From: Eledone cirrhosa
Taxonomy: Eukaryota
Direction: 5' to 3'
DNA: 64,000 nt
Assembly: GCA_964016885.1 (NCBI GenBank)
Contig: OZ024752.1
Coordinates: 3,906,001 to 3,970,000 of the forward strand
Shown here: positions 59,119 to 64,000 of the stretch, piece after piece
Position numbering within the stretch: the first letter of the stretch is position 1
Layout of the letters: each line of letters opens with the position of its first letter
The notes under the pieces: generated by a model
What the model was told of the DNA's origin: nothing
What the model saw: only the letters and a program-made list of their open reading frames with translations
Database searches by the model: none
Made by a program: the position numbers and the translations under genes

Positions 59119-59709
59119 TCCTTATATCTTCAGAATAAATCATTCCATGGAAGGAAGTAATTCTATAGTTTTACGTAGAAAGCTAAGGTGGACTATATGT
59201 CCGACAACAGTTTTTCATATTTGAATTAATATAAATTGTAATCTAAATGGAAGATCCGTTACTAGTTAAATTTAGAGAATAATAACATTAGTGACCACTG
59301 AGGCTTTGGTGGAATTCCCATGCCTTAATATGCCTAAACATCGAAGGAGTGGGGTCAAACCTGGAAAAACGAGCTCCTGAAGTCACTTTCTTTGTATCAA
59401 CAATTACATCAGTTTGTTAATAGTTGTTATTGTGTTGACATTGGCATACACATATTAAATAGACATACTAATATATATATATATGTATATACATATATAA
59501 AGCGTGTTCCATAATAATGTATACATATATTTATTCGAATTCTGTTGAAGTGTGTATATATTTTGGGGACAACCTGTATATATATATATATAGCATTGTG
59601 AATATATTATATTGTTAGTATGATTTTATATATACCTTATTTTCACATGAAATGGAACTAGATTTATGGCTATATGCGTGCGTACATATTTGTTAGTATA
59701 TACATATAA

Positions 59710-59742
<33 letters not shown>

Positions 59743-59997
59743 CGTGTGTGTGTGTAGTAACATTAGTGCAGCAGACACCCAGGTATTATGTATATCATGA
59801 TTTCTATGTTAATTTTCATTCATTATGCCTAAACGATACACAACTTCAAAACGTGATTTTACTACATATATAATAAAAGCAAATTCTACAAGTAACAAGT
59901 ACATTGTTGGATGTGTACATTTGCTTCTATACTCATATTTCCTTAACAAATAAAATAACATTCATAAAAGATAACGTAATATCGATAGAAGATAATA

Positions 59998-61943
59998 TTG
60001 TTCTGGCTTACTGCACTAAGTTCAAATACCACTGTGTCCTTCAGTACTTGTTCTGGCTTACAGCACTTAGTTCAAATACCACTGTGTCCTTCAGTACTTG
60101 TTCTGGCTTACAGCACTAAGTTCAAATACCACTGTGTCCTTCAGTACTTGTTCTGGCTTACAGCACTTAGTTCAAATACCACTGTGTCCTTCAGTACTTG
60201 TTCTGGCTTACAGCACTTAGTTCAAATACCACTGTGTCCTTCAGTACTTGTTCTGGCTTACAGCACTAAGTTCAAATACCACTGTGTCCTTCAGTACTTG
60301 TTCTGGCTTACAGCACTTAGTTCAAATACCACTGTGTCCTTCAGTACTTGTTCTGGCTTACAGCACTAAGTTCAAATACCACTGTGTCCTTCAGTACTTG
60401 TTCTGGCTTACAGCACTTAGTTCAAATACCACTGTGTCCTTCAGTACTTGTTCTGGCTTACAGCACTAAGTTCAAATACCACTGTGTCCTTCAGTACTTG
60501 TTCTGGCTTACAGCACTAAGTTCAAATACCACTGTGTCCTTCAGTACTTGTTCTGGCTTACAGCACTAAGTTCAAATACCACTGTGTCCTTCAGTACTTG
60601 TTCTGGCTTACAGCACTAAGTTCAAATACCACTGTGTCCTTCAGTACTTGTTCTGGCTTACAGCACTAACTTCAAATACCACTGTGTCCTTCAGTACTTG
60701 TTCTGGCTTACAGCACTAACTTCAAATACCACTGTGTCCTTCAGTACTTGTTCTGGCTTACAGCACTAACTTCAAATACCACTGTGTCCTTCAGTACTTG
60801 TTCTGGCTTACAGCACTAAGTTCAAATACCACTGTGTCCTTCAGTACTTGTTCTGGCTTACAGCACTAAGTTCAAATACCACCTTGTCCTTCAGTACTTG
60901 TTCTGGCTTACAGCACTTAGTTCAAATACCACTGTGTCCTTCAGTACTTGTTCTGGCTTACAGCACTAAGTTCAAATACCACCTTGTCCTTCAGTACTTG
61001 TTCTGGCTTACAGCACTTAGTTCAAATACCACTGTGTCCTTCAGTACTTGTTCTGGCTTACAGCACTAAGTTCAAATACCACCGTGTCCTTCAGTACTTG
61101 TTCTGGCTTACAGCACTTAGTTCAAATACCACTGTGTCCTTCAGTACTTGTTCTGGCTTACAGCACTAAGTTCAAATACCACTGTGTCCTTCAGTACTTG
61201 TTCTGGCTTACAGCACTAAGTTCAAATACCACTGTGTCCTTCAGTACTTGTTCTGGCTTACAGCACTAAGTTCAAATACCACTGTGTCCTTCAGTACTTG
61301 TTCTGGCTTACAGCACTAAGTTCAAATACCACTGTGTCCTCCAGTACTTGTTCTGGCTTACAGCACTAAGTTCAAATACCACTGTGTCCTTCAGTACTTG
61401 TTCTGGCTTACAGCACTAAGTTCAAATACCACCGTGTCCTTCAGTACTTGTTCTGGCTTACAGCACTTAGTTCAAATACCACTGTGTCCTTCAGTACTTG
61501 TTCTGGCTTACAGCACTAAGTTCAAATACCACTGTGTCCTTCAGTACTTGTTCTGGCTTACAGCACTAAGTTCAAATACCACTGTGTCCTTCAGTACTTG
61601 TTCTGGCTTACAGCACTAAGTTCAAATACCACTGTGTCCTTCAGTACTTGTTCTGGCTTACAGCACTAAGTTCAAATACCACTGTGTCCTTCAGTACTTG
61701 TTCTGGCTTACAGCACTTAGTTCAAATACCACTGTGTCCTTCAGTACTTGTTCTGGCTTACAGCACTAAGTTCAAATACCACTGTGTCCTTCAGTACTTG
61801 TTCTGGCTTACAGCACTTAGTTCAAATACCACTGTGTCCTTCAGTACTTGTTCTGGCTTACAGCACTTAGTTCAAATACCACCTTGTCCTTCAGTACTTG
61901 TTCTGGCTTACAGCACTAAGTTCAAATACCACTGTGTCCTTCA
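59998..61943. repeat. 50-bp tandem satellite, ~39 copies
   Basis: Unit TTGTTCTGGCTTACAGCACT(A/T)AGTTCAAATACCACTGTGTCCTTCAGTAC, nearly invariant, no spacers. Confidence 0.98.
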
Positions 61944-63034
61944 TATTTTCGTGATCCATAAAGAAATATCGAGTTCAGGGCAGTGCATTGGCAGAATTAT
62001 GAAAGTACCTGATTCGGTATTGTGCGTTCTGAGTTCAAACCCCGTCTCTGATGTGAAATCAAGGAGTTTTTACCGGCAGATAGTACCAGTAATGGAAATA
62101 TAGTTTTTGAGGTTGGATCTGACGATCGGTTCCGTTTTTATATATAAGTAATGTAGATAAGGCAGCGAATTGGCAGAGTTGTTAGAACGTCGGTTAGAAT
62201 TCCCTGCGGTATTCTTTTTGACTATCTGCTCTCTGAGTTCAAATCCTACCGAGGTCTACTTTGACTTTCATCTCTTCGAGGTCGTTAAGAAAGTACCAGT
62301 CAAGTACTGGGATCAATTCATCCTCTATTTCTCTTTCTCACTTCTTTTCTTTTACTACCTTTTCTTCTCTAGAAGAAATCTAGTGTAATCAGACCTGGAA
62401 ATGGATGGGCCTCGCCAGGTTTAAAGATGCCCTATAAACGCTATATAGCAATATAGCACCTCTACGATTCTTTAGTAAGTTTGGGCGTATTTTGATGCAT
62501 TGTGTCTATATACTCTGATATGTGGATACATGTAAAAGAAAATGTGGATCATTATTTCTATCATGTTGGTTTTTCTATTTTCACTATTGTATACCTATAT
62601 GGTGTTTTACCTCAAAATATTTTAACTAGTCTTCTTCCAAATGTTCATTGTGAGTTTCTTTCTAGATAGAAACTAATACATTTTATCCTTACGGGGTTGA
62701 TAAAATAAAGTAACAATAAGCACTGGGGCCGATGTAATCGACTTTCCCCTCACCTTCAAATTGCTTGCCTTGTGCCTGTAGAAACTATCATTTGCTATAT
62801 TCTTTTCTTATTTACCCCTTACCTTTTATAAATTACGAGGCTTTACTAAATTAGATTAGTTTGTATGCCTTTTTAACTAATACTACTGGGTGTTTAGATA
62901 ATATATTTTTCTTTTTACTTTATCGTATGAATTCAATTTAATTTCTTTTATCATTTTTGCTTGCTTGAAATTGTTGCTCATATGCTGTTTGCCCATTTGT
63001 CTAACTTTTTATGATTTCTACATTGGCAAGCAAC

Positions 63035-63160
63035 AATAAAATCAGCCCTTGAGTATCCCAAAAGACAGTCGCCATAATTTTACAGGCTGACGTTTGTGTC
63101 TTGAAATTTTGGTTTTTTAGACGCCATTCCATCGATTGCCTTTTTGACGCAGGATCACCT
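63035..63160 (-). pseudogene. Mariner transposase fragment
   Basis: DPASKRQSMEW..FKTQTSACKIMATVFWDTQGLIL matches the mariner catalytic-domain pattern. Confidence 0.8.
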
Positions 63161-63421
63161 TTATAAATATCTGTGTGTGTGTACGTATGTATATAATACA
63201 CGAAAGTACATATATTTATATATATGTATATGCATTCATGTACATGTGTGTACGTGCTTATGTAGAAACGCTCAAATGACTGTACTTTTTATGTAATTAT
63301 GAGATATATACATTATATACATGTGTGCGAGTTTGTGTGTGTGTCTGTGTGTATACATTATACTGAACCTAATAAGACTTTGTATCTTTGCACCCCTGGG
63401 TTTGTTTTGTTATTTATTTAC

Positions 63422-63481
<60 letters not shown>

Positions 63482-64000
63482 CTTTTATGCCAGTACAATC
63501 ATATAGAGATGTATAATGAACTTTATCTTCATTTTAATATTTTTCTTGATTTGTGGTATTGTTTTCATCCAGAACTTATTTTAAATGTCACCGGTTGTCT
63601 CGTAAACATTTAATTAGAAGCGCTTCTTGTTATGTATTGATTTTCTTAAATATTTTCCGCTAATATTTTATCTTTCCTGAAATTAACTTGATTATTTTGT
63701 AAGTTTTAATGTTAAATATATCATAGTCTTTGAGTTGATGTAGTAATTAATTTTTAGTCTTTCTTTTACTTTTTTTTATAAAACAGTTGGTTTAGGTCTC
63801 GACGTTTGAATATAGTGACTTTTCATTGCTTACACCAAGAAAGTTATTGTATATATCTTTTAGTGGTTCTCCTGGAATATAAATGTGTATATTCAGATGA
63901 AATTATCAGGAAAGCTTTTGAATGAAACAGTTCTGGTCCTGTTGAAGCCATTTATATATTAAACTTCATGTTTACACTCTACTAATATATTGAGTAACTT

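Noticed and set aside
59998-61943. CRISPR array or repeat-protein gene
   Set aside because: No unique spacers and no cas genes. The 50-bp unit shifts frame each copy and the ORFs are broken by the TAAG variant.
59998-61943. Hammerhead in the satellite unit (minus strand CTGAAGG...GAAC)
   Set aside because: Both core boxes deviate and no convincing stems form.

Overview
Eukaryotic, AT-rich, microsatellite-dense intergenic or intronic DNA. The repeat content (abundant tRNA-headed SINEs with a GAGGTTAACTTTGCCTTTCATCC core, RTE LINEs, long (TA)n tracts) suggests an octopus or other cephalopod, which is an inference. No intact host gene, rRNA or CRISPR array can be supported, and most listed ORFs are translated microsatellites. 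The window is a mosaic of decayed mobile elements: three 5'-truncated Penelope-like elements (PLEs) with GIY-YIG ends, RTE, CRE and R4/Dong LINE fragments, hAT and mariner remnants, MITEs, about 20 SINE pieces and a 1.9-kb 50-bp satellite. The main signal not shown by the ORF track is about 10 intact-looking and several degenerate minimal type I hammerhead ribozymes (HHRs) from unrelated sequence families. They lie in PLE 3' UTRs or in short non-coding units embedded in (TA)n with inverted duplications. All structures were paired by eye, and repeat boundaries are approximate.
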